A DNA stretch of 63,224 nucleotides, filler included, from Lenisia limosa (Eukaryota; Protista; Breviatea): the NCBI GenBank assembly GCA_001655205.1. It is 12 parts of 12 records of this genome, joined end to end, with 100 filler letters (N's around TTAATTAATTAA, not from the genome) between each part and the next. Parts side by side here need not be neighbours in the genome. Positions count along the whole stretch, not along the records: positions 24,734 to 45,605 come from LPNZ01006111.1; positions 45,706 to 49,795 come from LPNZ01007305.1; positions 49,896 to 52,262 come from LPNZ01003873.1; 9 more parts are not named here. The stretch is one strand, 5' to 3'. Within the stretch, counting starts at the first letter, position 1, and every line of letters begins with the position of its first letter. The translations under genes and the position numbers were made by a program. Below, one piece after another: positions 36,801-49,960 of the stretch. The notes beneath the pieces were generated by a model. The model saw only the letters and a list, made by a program, of their open reading frames with translations, had not been told where the DNA came from and ran no database searches.

Positions 36801-39800
36801 TTGTGAATGTTTCTGGTCTTTTCTTCTCCATTTCAAAGACTGCCTTTTATGACATGTTTCCTCGCCATGCCACATGAAATCCCTTTTTTTTTATGAGTTA
36901 CGTCTAAACATTAAACTCAGGGCTAGAAACAAGATATATTCTCAGGGCTTTACCAAACAAAATGTCGACATGGAATACACTCTTCCTAATGGATTATCAC
37001 ATAATAAAACCTCATGGCTCACTCCACACCATTGCAGGCAGTAGTGGACTGTTTTTGAGGGTGGTGAATAGTGTCATAAAAAATATGGCGTTATAACAAA
37101 CCGATAGGCTTGCAGGTTGAGCTTGGCCTCAGCGTCGCCACTGCTGCCACCAGACGTCTTATAGTAACAAGGGGTGACTCCCTCGTCAGGGCTCAGGACG
37201 CCCATCCAGCAAGGACCTATTTAGGAATAACAGATGACAAGCTCTTGATCCTTTCAGGGGAAGCCGTTCTATTCTGTTAACCAATCACCACAATACTAAT
37301 GATCTTTTGAAAAACAACATGATCGCTGGCAAACAGTTGAAAGCCTTCCATTGACTGAACGACTTCTAAACAATTTAAATAACAATATTGACGAAAAGTA
37401 AAGAAGAACTTAATCAAGAGCATCAACCTTTTTCAGAACATACGTAAACATAATGTTTTGCAAAAATCAGTCCAAAATAGACAACAAAATACCATAAGTG
37501 ATGATGGATTCAAAAAAAAACCAACGTAACAAAAAGGGCAGATGGGACATCAAGAATTCTAACCCATCAGGGTGGGACATCAAGAATTTTAACTAAGAAG
37601 CATGCATTATTTACCTTTAACTGGCTCATCTGTCGATTTCTGGGAATGGAAGTAGAGCGTTTATAATGAGATACCCAACAGGGAACTACCACCTTAAGAA
37701 CCCCAGGTCACAACTGATCAGCACGCTACATACACTATCATATTCCGAATTTATGCATCTCTTATCTCCTCTTTCACGCCCTATTCATTTTATTGTGTCA
37801 TACTCACCCCACCCCAGGTTCTTTCTTAGTTGGAGCAACAGTGGGCTATTCACTGGAGTTGCGCTGGCGCAAAGCGTTCCTTTTGCGCGTGAGGCGGCGC
37901 CACACGTTTACTCACACATATTCAATTCAGTTCATGAACTTTTCTTAATCCTTTATTTTCAAAACTTTAGCAGGCATTTTAAATAATGCATCAGCATGCT
38001 GCATGTATTCTTTCTTTGGTATCACCCCCCCTCTCTCATAGGCAAGTCTGCAGAATGACGTGTCCCAAAGTAAAGAAATTTTGCTGTCAATTCTCCCAGT
38101 GCACGTGGTTACAGGCATCCTCAAAAGGTTGGACTATTCTCGAATTTGTCATTTCAACAGCCCTTCTAAACCTTTGGATAGTCGTTGTGGTGAAAAATAT
38201 TCTTGCATAATTTCTGCATATACTGAAATAACAATAATTAGCATAGTTTGTCCTAACCTAACTAGCCCAAACCAAGCCACTCTCCCCGTAGAGCAGTTCG
38301 ACTCTCTTTCGCTCCTTGGTAGGTGAGGGAATTGTCCCACATAGCCCATGGTTGTCTACCATCCTCCTGGTTTCTGTCGATTTCACCATCCAGGTTGTGA
38401 AGTGATGCGGTTTAGCTCCTTGGTAGAGGTATGCGCCGCACAAACCAGGGGCTGTGTTTATTAGTTGAACATTAGTTACAACCTTTCCTTCTTCTCTTCC
38501 TGGTAGCTCATTATTGATGGTTTATTGTAGATTGTGACTACTTTCAAAACACACTAGCATCTAACCCTGCCAGACTCTTGCCCCTGCGAGGTTAACACTC
38601 ATTTTGAATGATTTGTTCTCGGCTATCGATTTGACCATGTTGACGTTTCCAACACTTTATAAGGTCTGTGGCTGTGTTCAATGATGACCATGTCTTCTGT
38701 TTCTAGTGCTCATCATCTTCTATTTTTCAGCTCACATATCGATATTATCTTTTCACTCAGTCATTTGAGGAAACTTCCTATTAAATATGAATATATCCCC
38801 ACAGCAGTATTTGATTATTTGATAGTTTATCTGCTTGCCAATTTCATGCCAATTTCATGCCAATCCCATATCTCAGGTCCCTGCGGTGCACGGAGTCTAC
38901 AGCGTTGTTGGCGGACTACCTGGCTGTGACGGCGACCACTCTGCACAAGGTGCCGGGGGGGGGGGGGNNNNNNNNNNNNNNNNNNNNNNNNNNNNNNNNN
39001 NNNNNNNNNNNNNNNNNNGTTCACATCGTGGGAATATCAAATATCTATAATCTTTGGTAACTCGGCATGTAGTGTGCGCGTTTGCTCTCGAGACAATGGC
39101 GGAATTGGCCTCTATCAACTCCCGATTCAAGGTTTGGCGATGTTTTTTACTAGATTATTCCCCAGTAGTTCTATAAGTATACTGGGTTACCACTAATTTG
39201 AAATCACGATTATTGAAGAAATTTTGTATTTTATTAAATGGAATGATTCCATCAGGAGTTTAATTGCCGTTTTAGGAACGTGGAGACTCTACCGTGGATC
39301 TCAAGATCGGAATTGCCACTGCAGCTGCTTCTGCCGGCGTTATCGGACTCCCGGCCCGACCGTCTTATTTTGTACGTTAATCATGGGGGAAGATACATAA
39401 TATGTATGGAACTGAGGTTGGATGTTGATTTGAAACCTAGCCTGAAATTCATGTTTAAAGAGGAGAGTGGAGTAGGTGGATTGGGAGGCACGGAAAACAG
39501 TGTCTTAGGGGTAGGTATCACTTTGTTCATTATCTCGTAATCAAGGAAATGATTGCCGAACCTATTATTCTGATGCACTAATATATGAACTATTATATAA
39601 AATACAACAAATTCTTTTTTTTTTTTTTGTTTTTTTGTAGATTATGATGGGGAGGTGCCAACTTGGCAGCAAACGCGTTTAATGGTATAGATCTGGGGGC
39701 CTGCGCGACAGTTCTATCATGAGGCTCTGAAGGAAGCAAAAGGGGGGGAAATCATCACCCACTTCTCGAGTTACTACGTGAGGGGGTGGGATCGCTATCT

Positions 39801-40297
39801 GGAATGTTCTGATAACCAATTAAATGTAAACATATTAAGATCACTGTAACTGGAAACATTGTGTTCCCAGCTTTAATGCAGTAACGCTTCAGTCCGGACG
39901 ATGTCGCTACTACTTCCGATTCGAAACTCCCGAAGGAGATGAGATACGCCCTGCCTTTCCTAAAAAGGAAACCAAGCAAGTGACAGAAATGAAGTCCGCA
40001 ACCTCATCATCCGACATGCCTAATAAGGGTCACTCGACCAACCAGTCATCAGAAGCGTTGCTCCAGAGTGCCGGTAGCCAAATGAGTCCGCCGCCCCAAC
40101 ACGATTCGCATCAAACTATTCACGTCACACATTCTCCGAGCCAGGAGGCCCTGGGCGGCCAACGCTTCTTCAAACTTGTCACCTGGGGTGGCCATGAGGT
40201 AGAGGGGACCCCCATTTCTTCAACGTGCTACCATATCAATTTTCTTGGGACATGTTGTCCTCTCAAAACAGGAGGATTATCTTTGAGTTTTGAGTAA
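27816..40297 (+). CDS. Transmembrane class III adenylate-cyclase-like protein (long disordered N-terminus, TM1-C1-TM2-C2), catalytically degenerate
   Basis: TM exons 31.5-32.6 kb; SLDNLIFSIIPPHV; LSKLFTRFD; IRADTYSVVVGCP; ALALEM; GPVMAGVIG..FSVFG; INPFT; TM exons ending YSLELRWRKAFLL; EILLSILPVHV; LSLLGCEVMRFS; LNDLFSAID; FALETM; LKIGIATAAASAGVIG; YF-IWG. Joining 27816-31315 to the cyclase part is inferred. Confidence 0.8.
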
Positions 40298-40298
40298 G

Positions 40299-41259
40299 AT
40301 GTTAGTATGTTGCTATTCTCTCTCTCACCCAACCAGGCTGAGGTTGAGTTTGCCTCAAGAACATACATAGCCCCATCTAGCTCCATCCTTAACCTGCAAC
40401 ACATACAGGCTAAGTACAGGTGAGATGATATGAGGATANNNNNNNNNNCTTTTCTTCTCATCCATCCATCAAACTAAGCAAAAAAACACTCCTCTCTCGT
40501 AAGTGCTAGCAACAACACCATAGGCCAGTAAATGCAGACTTTCATTTTTCCTTTTCCTCCTTGAGCATTTTCAAGGTTACTAAACAGTTTTCAGAGAGGA
40601 CAGAATTGTTTTTTTTTATTTTATTTTTTTATTATATCTTCATTTTTTACAATTGGAAAACCAGGCCTGGGAATTCAAAAATACAGTATCTGGGTTAATT
40701 GTCTTCAATTATATATTCCATTTGGCTGAATGGGATAAGCAACTATTTAAACTATTGTTAACACCTCTTGATACTCTTTTTTTCTTTACCCACTTTTGTT
40801 TATTTTTTGAGCGGTCCGGTCTGGTCCTAACCGGTCCGGACCGTTCATAGTTTTCAAAAAGACCGGACCGTTCGATTGACCGGTCCAGTCCGAACCGGAC
40901 CGTAGTGAACCACCAATTGTTCCCCAAAGCACCTCATAGAGCTCGGAGTTGTTCTGAAAGGTGGGAATGGTTTCGGCATTATTTTATATTGGTACAATCT
41001 TAAACATCATCTCCTGGTCTTTATCTGACAATATAGTCGCTGGTCGAGGAGGTGGAGCAGGTTGCTGCTGCTGCCGGGAAGAAGCGGACTTGGCAACCTT
41101 CTCGGCGCGTTCAAAATCATGTTAGTATGTTGCTATTCTCTCTCTCACCCAACCAAGGCTGAGGCTGAGTTTGCCTCAAGAACATACATAGCCCTATCCA
41201 GCTCCATCCTTAACCTGCAACACATACAGGCTAAGTACAGGTGAGATGATATGAGGATA
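40299..41259 (+). repeat. 140-bp duplicated intron-exon-intron segment (40299-40438 and 41119-41259)
   Basis: Near-identical copies (3 substitutions, 1 indel), each with an 84-nt exon AE(V/A)EFASRTYIA(P/L)SSSILNLQHIQAKY. The first copy abuts an N gap. Confidence 0.85.
40812..40913. mobile_element. Family D palindromic (CGGTC/GACCG)n element
   Basis: CGGTCCGGT..ACCGGTCCGGACCG..GACCGGACCG..GACCGGTCC..ACCGGACCG forms nested inverted repeats. Single copy in the window. Confidence 0.6.
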
Positions 41260-43536
41260 CGGCGGTATTGAAGATATAATTGAGAATAAGGTGGGGAAGG
41301 TAAACAGCACCCGATCCTGTGTATGGCGATCTTTAATATGATAGGTAGATTGAAGGCCCACACAGAACCCTTATCGAAACATCATGATCATTTCCCTTAC
41401 TCCACTGTTCTTCTCATGTCACACATTCACCAGGGCTGCCGCTATCCTCTCCGACCCCCATATTGCTCCTCCATCGCAAGATGGAAGAGACAGAAGAGCT
41501 GAAATTGCACATTCGAGAAGAGACGCGGTGAGCCTCGTGTTACATCTCTAATTACAAGCACTGAATTTTCAGTAGTCCTTATGGATATTTCTCCCCTATT
41601 ACCCTCACCAGCCCCGCACATAGTCACCTCAGTATTCACCCCTTTTTCGTCCATTGACCACCAGTATTCACCCCTTTTTCGTCCATTGACCACCAGTATT
41701 CATCCCCCCCCCATTTGACAACGCAGATCTTAGCCCGTCACGGCCTAACTGACGCCGTGTCGGCAAGTGGCGTCACGTTGGAGACCATTCTGAAGTCTGG
41801 AGGCGCGTCAACGCGCAGAGCCACGTTATCCAGCCTCTTCGACTCCCATGAGGTACGCCGCCGGAGCCTGTTTTATCTCTTTCTTTTCTTTTGTTGTCAA
41901 ACATATGTACGTGTACAGATGAATATGTAGAAACAGATATTCTGCTTTTCTTTTTTTTATTCCCCCCACCCCACAGCCTGCCGATCAGAAGTACTCTTCG
42001 CCCCACAAGGGATCATGTAGGCCTGCCCTGAACCATTACGGGTTAAATAGAGGTTGAAGGATTGTTCTTACTGTTTTACCTCGCAATTTCCCAAGAAAAC
42101 CGTCACTTCCCTCCCCTTTCAAACATGTGTATCGCCAATAAGGGATTTTTCTTGAGGGCTAATTTCTGCACCACACCCCCCGTCTTACCCCCAGCTCCCC
42201 TCTCCACGGACGGTATCGCCATTTCACTGGTGGAGAGCAACTCGGATGAAGATGATCAAGACGATGTGCCGCCTATGACTCCAATGTGGGCCATATAGGG
42301 GGATTAATATACCACTATCTTGCGGCTATCTCATTAATTCCCGCCACTCCCACCCTTAGCCAACCAAGTTCTTCTTTTTTTTTTTTTTTTTTTTTGGGGG
42401 GGGNNNNNNNNNNNNNNNNNNNNNNNNNNNNNNNNNNNNNNNNNNNNNNNNNNNNNNNNNNNNNNNNNNNNNNNNNNNNNNNNNNNNNNNNNNNNNNNNN
42501 NNNNNNNNNNNNNNNNNNNNNNNNNNNNNNNGGCCAAGAGCAATGAGTGACCTCAGCATCCTCTTCAAAACCAACCTGCTGCACCAGACAAGCCAGCAGG
42601 GTCAAAGCGATGTAGAGGTGAGGGGGCTTACTGTTACTCGTCTGTAAAATGCATGGGAACAGCCTCTCGAGTTCCCTCCCATATCTTCAGTTCCCTCCCA
42701 TATCTTCAATTTTTTTTCCCATCTTCAATCACCCTTAAGACTGCGGCACCGGATGAGGACTACAATATCCGCGCCGAGTCCCTCTCAAACCTTCCAATAT
42801 GTTGGCTACCTTAAGATTCAATTTGTATCATCATTCGGTGTTTTGCTTACAAAGTGTTTTGAGAGAACGAATTTGTTTGTTTTCTTCACTGCACTTCTCA
42901 TCAACTCCGCATCTACTAAGCTTCTCATTTCGCAGCTCAAGACCCACCTCCACCCTGTCACGACACCCCGTCCTTCCATCCGCCCCAAGTTGATGCCAGT
43001 GGTGGGGGGGGGGGCTATAAACAATAGGGCTCTACATCCACAACACCTCTCGATATGGTCTGTTATCTCAAAGGTTGTAACTGAGCGAAATTTGAAACAG
43101 CACATGTCTACTATATCATTATATTTTGTCGATCGACAGTGGACAAAGAGAGTTTCCGCCAAATGATGGTGATGCCTTGTTGTTTCGATTGTCTTCAAAC
43201 TTTGTGTTCTCTCATCAATTCAATGCATTTACATAACCTCACTACATAGCCCCCGAACACGTCACGTCCACTGAAGACATGCCCAAGTCTTTGGCTACTC
43301 TTTTCGGGGTGGGGAGGAGGGGTTGAGGGCTGGATATCATTAGTTTCGGTCAATCACTATGATGAACCATCTATGATATGGATAATTTAGTGTTTTTTTT
43401 TCCATCTGCTTAACCGCACAGCGACCGCGAAGCTACACCGGTCCCCCTCAAATGGAGCATTCCCCACTCTGATACTGGTTTGGCCTAATACCTTCACCAC
43501 CCCCTCACTCTGTAGATCCCTGAGATCAAAATGGTA
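41036..43536 (+). CDS. Multi-exon low-complexity protein of unknown function
   Basis: Series of open GT-AG exons, e.g. SLVEEVEQVAAAAGKKRTW, ILARHGLTDAVSASGVTLETILK, ESNSDEDDQDDVPP, AMSDLSILFKTNLLH. No domain recognised. Confidence 0.5.
41625..41702. repeat. ~33-bp intronic tandem duplication
   Basis: CAGTATTCACCCC(C)TTTTTCGTCCATTGACCAC occurs twice plus a partial third unit. Confidence 0.85.
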
Positions 43537-43730
43537 CTGTTTCGTCAATCTAAATCTATTTCTGTGAATATAGTGTACAGTGTAACTATGTTCTTTCGTT
43601 TATTCGGACCAAAAATACCCAGGAAAAATAAAACCAGACCTCAAATTAAACCATCTGAGCGCCCCAATGTGTAGGAAAAACATGTGCATAAGCGCCCCAA
43701 GCACGGAAACAAGAAACAGATAACAGAGAG

Positions 43731-45487
<1,757 letters not shown>

Positions 45488-45705
45488 ATTGCTATTTTAA
45501 TCTGATAGAGAAATGCTGTGTGACTAGTGTGACGAAATTTGAAAAACAGTAAGGGTTGAAAAGTTACGGCTGCTCAACTTGGGCCATTTTTTCTGTGTGT
45601 AATATNNNNNNNNNNNNNNNNNNNNNNNNNNNNNNNNNNNNNNNNNNNNTTAATTAATTAANNNNNNNNNNNNNNNNNNNNNNNNNNNNNNNNNNNNNNN
45701 NNNNN

Positions 45706-48700
45706 AGTAACAGTTTTCTTGGGAGTACCAGTTTTCTTGGGAGTACCAGTTTTCTTAGGAGTAACAGTTTTCTTGGGGGTAGTAGCCTTCTTGGGTGTAG
45801 CCTAGAAAGTTAATAGAAGTTCAAACCGATATAATAGACTGCATGTCAGCATTTACCTTAAGGGTGACAGCCTTATTTGGGGTTGCCTATATGGGTTAAA
45901 CAAAAGGGGGGTGATGAGCAATAAACGTCTTGCTTTCAAGAACAACTCCTACAAACCTTCGGGGTGTGCGGCTTATTTGGAGTCTGCGTTGCCTTGGGTG
46001 ATGCCTAAGCATGTTAGAAAAGACCAAAAGTCTAGATCCTACAGAGTAAAAGAATGGTGTTCTGCACATTATCACCCACCTTGGGAGTAACCACCTTCTT
46101 TGGAGTAGTAGCCTTGGGGGTGAGAAAAGGAAGTGATTTGACAGAATAATCACAACCACACTGATATTTGTGTTATAACTACTATAAGAGTAGAAATAGT
46201 CAGCCAATAGAATGTATGAGGAAAGAACCGGTCAAGATCTCGTCAAAAAGTTGCAAAACAAACCTTGGGGGTTGTTGGCTTGGGAGTTTTCTAAGTGATG
46301 AAAACAGAAGTTAAAATCAAAGTGAGGTGGAGTGAGTTTTCAAAAGTGTGACCAATACCCACATACCGAGGGAGCTGCAGCCATAGGAGTAGTGGCCTTG
46401 GGGGTCACTGGCTTAAAGGGTGAGGATTACTATAATACATGATACAAGAAGAAGCAATGTGAAATAGCGAGTACTAATTTGTAGCTCATATGTGGTATCC
46501 CAGTTTAATCTGTCAACTCTTCAGCCTTGGTTCCACAGGATACCTTCTTGGGGCTAGGCATTTTCTTTGGAGTAACAGGCTTTTTAGTGTCCTTGTGGTC
46601 CAGAATGGCCGGGGTTTTGCGGGGTGTTGGCGTAGGCGCGATACGAGCCACGCGAAGGGGGGTGCCGAGACGGGGAGTTCTGTGTGGGTGAGAAGTAGTT
46701 AGAAACATACTACGAAACACACTCATAGAGAGTAAATAGCACATTGAAAAAAAAAAAAAAGATGAATCCGTGCCATTTGTGTGGAGAGTNNNNNNNNNNN
46801 NNNNNNNNNNNNNNNNNNNNNNNNNNNNNNNNCTGTGTGTACTGACACTTGGATTCAAAAAGAGCCCTCCAGTTGACAAGTTTACTCGAAAGTAGTGAAA
46901 AATCATAAAAGACAACGATTCTTTTTAACCCATGAAGACAATTTCTACGAATAATTAAAATTGAGAAGGGGGGTGCTGTATTAGTTAATGCTAACCTTCT
47001 GGGAGTGGCAGGAGCAACACCAGCCTTCTTAGGAGTCTCAAAAAGAGCCTTCGGAACCGTTCGGGATGCGGGTTTGTTAAGAAGCCCCGGAGTGGGTCTG
47101 TGGTGTGATGAATTAACAAACATCATATCATCATATCCTCAAACTGATATAAACACAAACGTAGAGTCAGAATAGAAGGGTGTCACCTCTTCCCCTCTCT
47201 GATCTTCTTTGTCTCCCATGAAATGACAACTGGAAACCAACATACCTAGGGGTACGGGGAGGGAGGGAAGCGGTCGGAGTCTTGGCCTTGGGCTACATCA
47301 TCAAAATAATATCTTGTATATGATATATGTGATCTTCTCTCGACCCAAAACACTTTAATGTGTTAATTAAACTCCTTGATGAAACTTTGCCCAAAATCGA
47401 TCACTCTCTCAGTTTTCAATAATCACTTATCGGCCAAAATCGATGATTTTTCTTTCAAAACAAAACGCTCGGAGAAACACACAAAACAAAAAAATAACTT
47501 CAGGTAGGACCTAAAAGTGAACTGTTATCATGTTTAAAGCTGTTTGGAGGGGTCCACCTGGGAAATTTAATTTCGGACATGATTTCTGCGCCCCAGCATA
47601 TATATTAGTGCTATATTATGATACATAAAACCCCCTCGCCTATCACCTAATTCATTTCAGACAATGGCATTCATTTTATCGAGACTTTTCAAGAAAATTT
47701 GAGAAGTACCCTACCTTCTCCATAACATATTAAGATATCAGCGGTATTGACCTCTATCTAACCTCAGGTTTGGGTGTCTTTGGGGCAGGGGTAGGAGGGA
47801 GAGGTTTTTTTTTGGGGGTTGGTTTGGCCTTGACAGGAGATTTGGCAGCAGGGGTACTTGGGGACTTTTTAGGGGTGGCAGGCTGCGAAGTAAAACGAGA
47901 ATATTGGAGGTGGGAAAAGGGTTTACCCCCAATATACCAGCAGGGAAGTAATATACTCGACATACCTTCTCAGGAGTAACAGTTTTCTTTGGAGTAGCAG
48001 TTTTCTTGGGAGTAACAGGCTTCTTGGGTGTTGCGGCCGTCTTCATGGGGGTGCCAACTGATTTGGGGGAAGTCTTCATTGGAGTGGATAGGGACTTCTT
48101 GTGGGTAGACTGAAAAGTAAGTAATGGAGAGGAGAGGGGGGGGGGGGNNNNNNNNNNNNNNNNNNNNNNNNNNNNNNNNNNNNNNNNNNNNNNNNNNNNN
48201 NNNNNNNNNNNNNNNNNNNNNNNNNNNNNNNNNNNNNNNNNNNNNNNNNNNNNNNNNNNNNNNNNNNNNNNNNNNNNNNNNNNNNNNNNNNNNNNNNNNN
48301 NNNNNNNNNNNNNNNNNNNNNNNNNTGGCCAGATGGGCGAGCTTCTTCTCGGCACCCTCCTTAGCCAAAGCCTGGAGCTGGGCTCGGCGCGCGAGAGATA
48401 ACGGGGTCGAGGAGGTGCGGTTGACTGAGGCAAGGCGAGAGGGGGTGTTGACCTTCTTCAGCTGTAGAGGTCACAGGGTGTTGATACACTTTTAGAGGTC
48501 TCCAAATGGTCCAATAAAAATATCGGATTTCTCAAATGTGATATGTTTATGAAAGATATTGTTTTTTACATTTAAAAAAAACAGTTAAATTTTGTCTTGG
48601 GACACAGGAAAGCTCTACTTGTTACAATACGGGGGAGCATACCGCACGGAGGGCTGAAGGGGAGTCCATGATGCTCTTTTGCTGGGCGAAGTTCTTTGAA

Positions 48701-49553
48701 TGGGCAGCGGCACTGCGGGCGCTTGGAGCTGAGAGAATTAGGTGATTTGTTTTCTGATAAAACCGAGGAACCCCAACATCAAATTCAAAGGAAAAAAAAC
48801 CAGCAGGACAAGAGCCATATAACTAGGGCTTCACTTCGGTTCGAAAAAAACAAGTAAAATATCGATAATTTTCGAAGATATATTAAAAAAAAAATTAGTC
48901 TTTCGAACACCGAAATGAAGCCCAACATATAACCCTATCAGACTTGATGGAGTGGCGACACCTGGGGAGCGTAGACGGGGGATGAGCGATGGTGTGGATG
49001 GAAAAGATGGCGACACTACAGAGGGGGACCTGGGGGACCGAGGCGGCATGGGCAGACGCGATGGAGTAATCTAGTGTGGCACCGTTATATCAATTTTTCT
49101 CTTGGATATTTGTTATTGAGAAAATCAATTATTTCAAATGCAATAGAAGAATGAAAGTTAATTTCGGGAATCCACACCAAACTAGTAACTACTACTGGTT
49201 TCAGGAAAAAGATTATTACTAAATACAGTGTGAAGGGAAACATGTCCAAACTAAATAAATCCAAAGGGTTAGGGTTACAGTAGCAAACCGCAGGGGAGGG
49301 AGGAAACAAATCTGTGTTGGCTGAAGGCTTTGAAAAATCAGGCTTGGGAGCGATTTTGGTTTCTCCCTTCACTTCAAGGAGTTCTTCAACGATGGTGGTT
49401 GACTAGGAAAGGTGAGAGATCCCTCGAGTTTAACGGTTAACATGAATGGGTGTAGAGACGCACCTTTGATCTAGCATTGACTCCATATTCCTTTGCCAGA
49501 GCCTGAAGCTCCCTTCTGGAGAGGTTATCGAGCTCAGAAAGGTCGAAAACCAT
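45706..49553 (-). CDS. SAP/HeH-like N-terminal motif followed by long basic (S/T)PKK-repeat region; 3' end off-scaffold
   Basis: MVFDLSELDNLSRRELQALAKEYGVNARSK|STTIVEELL, then Ser/Pro-rich exons and many TPKK/SPKK units, including near-perfect 18-nt coding repeats at 45706-45790. Confidence 0.7.
48826..48923. mobile_element. Family A MITE-like element
   Basis: GGGCTTCACTTCGGTTCGAAAA...TTTCGAACACCGAAATGAAGCCC. Confidence 0.85.
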
Positions 49554-49960
49554 GTTGCCGTTCACTATTAAAAGGCGCCAAAGAAACAATTAACTAAAAA
49601 ATGTTATATGTCTTATTGGTAGTATTAATTATTGCAATAGAGAGATGGAAAAAAGGTTCCATCAGAAGAAAAATCTCAAAAAAAAGGTACGCGCAACGTT
49701 GGCTGCGCGTGAGTTATGTGGCTCTTCTGTCCCTTCTTGCACTTTTTGGACATCACAACAGAGAAAATGGTTACAAAAGATGCTGCAAGGATACTNNNNN
49801 NNNNNNNNNNNNNNNNNNNNNNNNNNNNNNNNNNNNNNNTTAATTAATTAANNNNNNNNNNNNNNNNNNNNNNNNNNNNNNNNNNNNNNNNNNNNATCCT
49901 CTTTTGGGTAAGCTGTGTTTACAAAGTTATATAATATTATTATGTCATATCTCTTATTCG

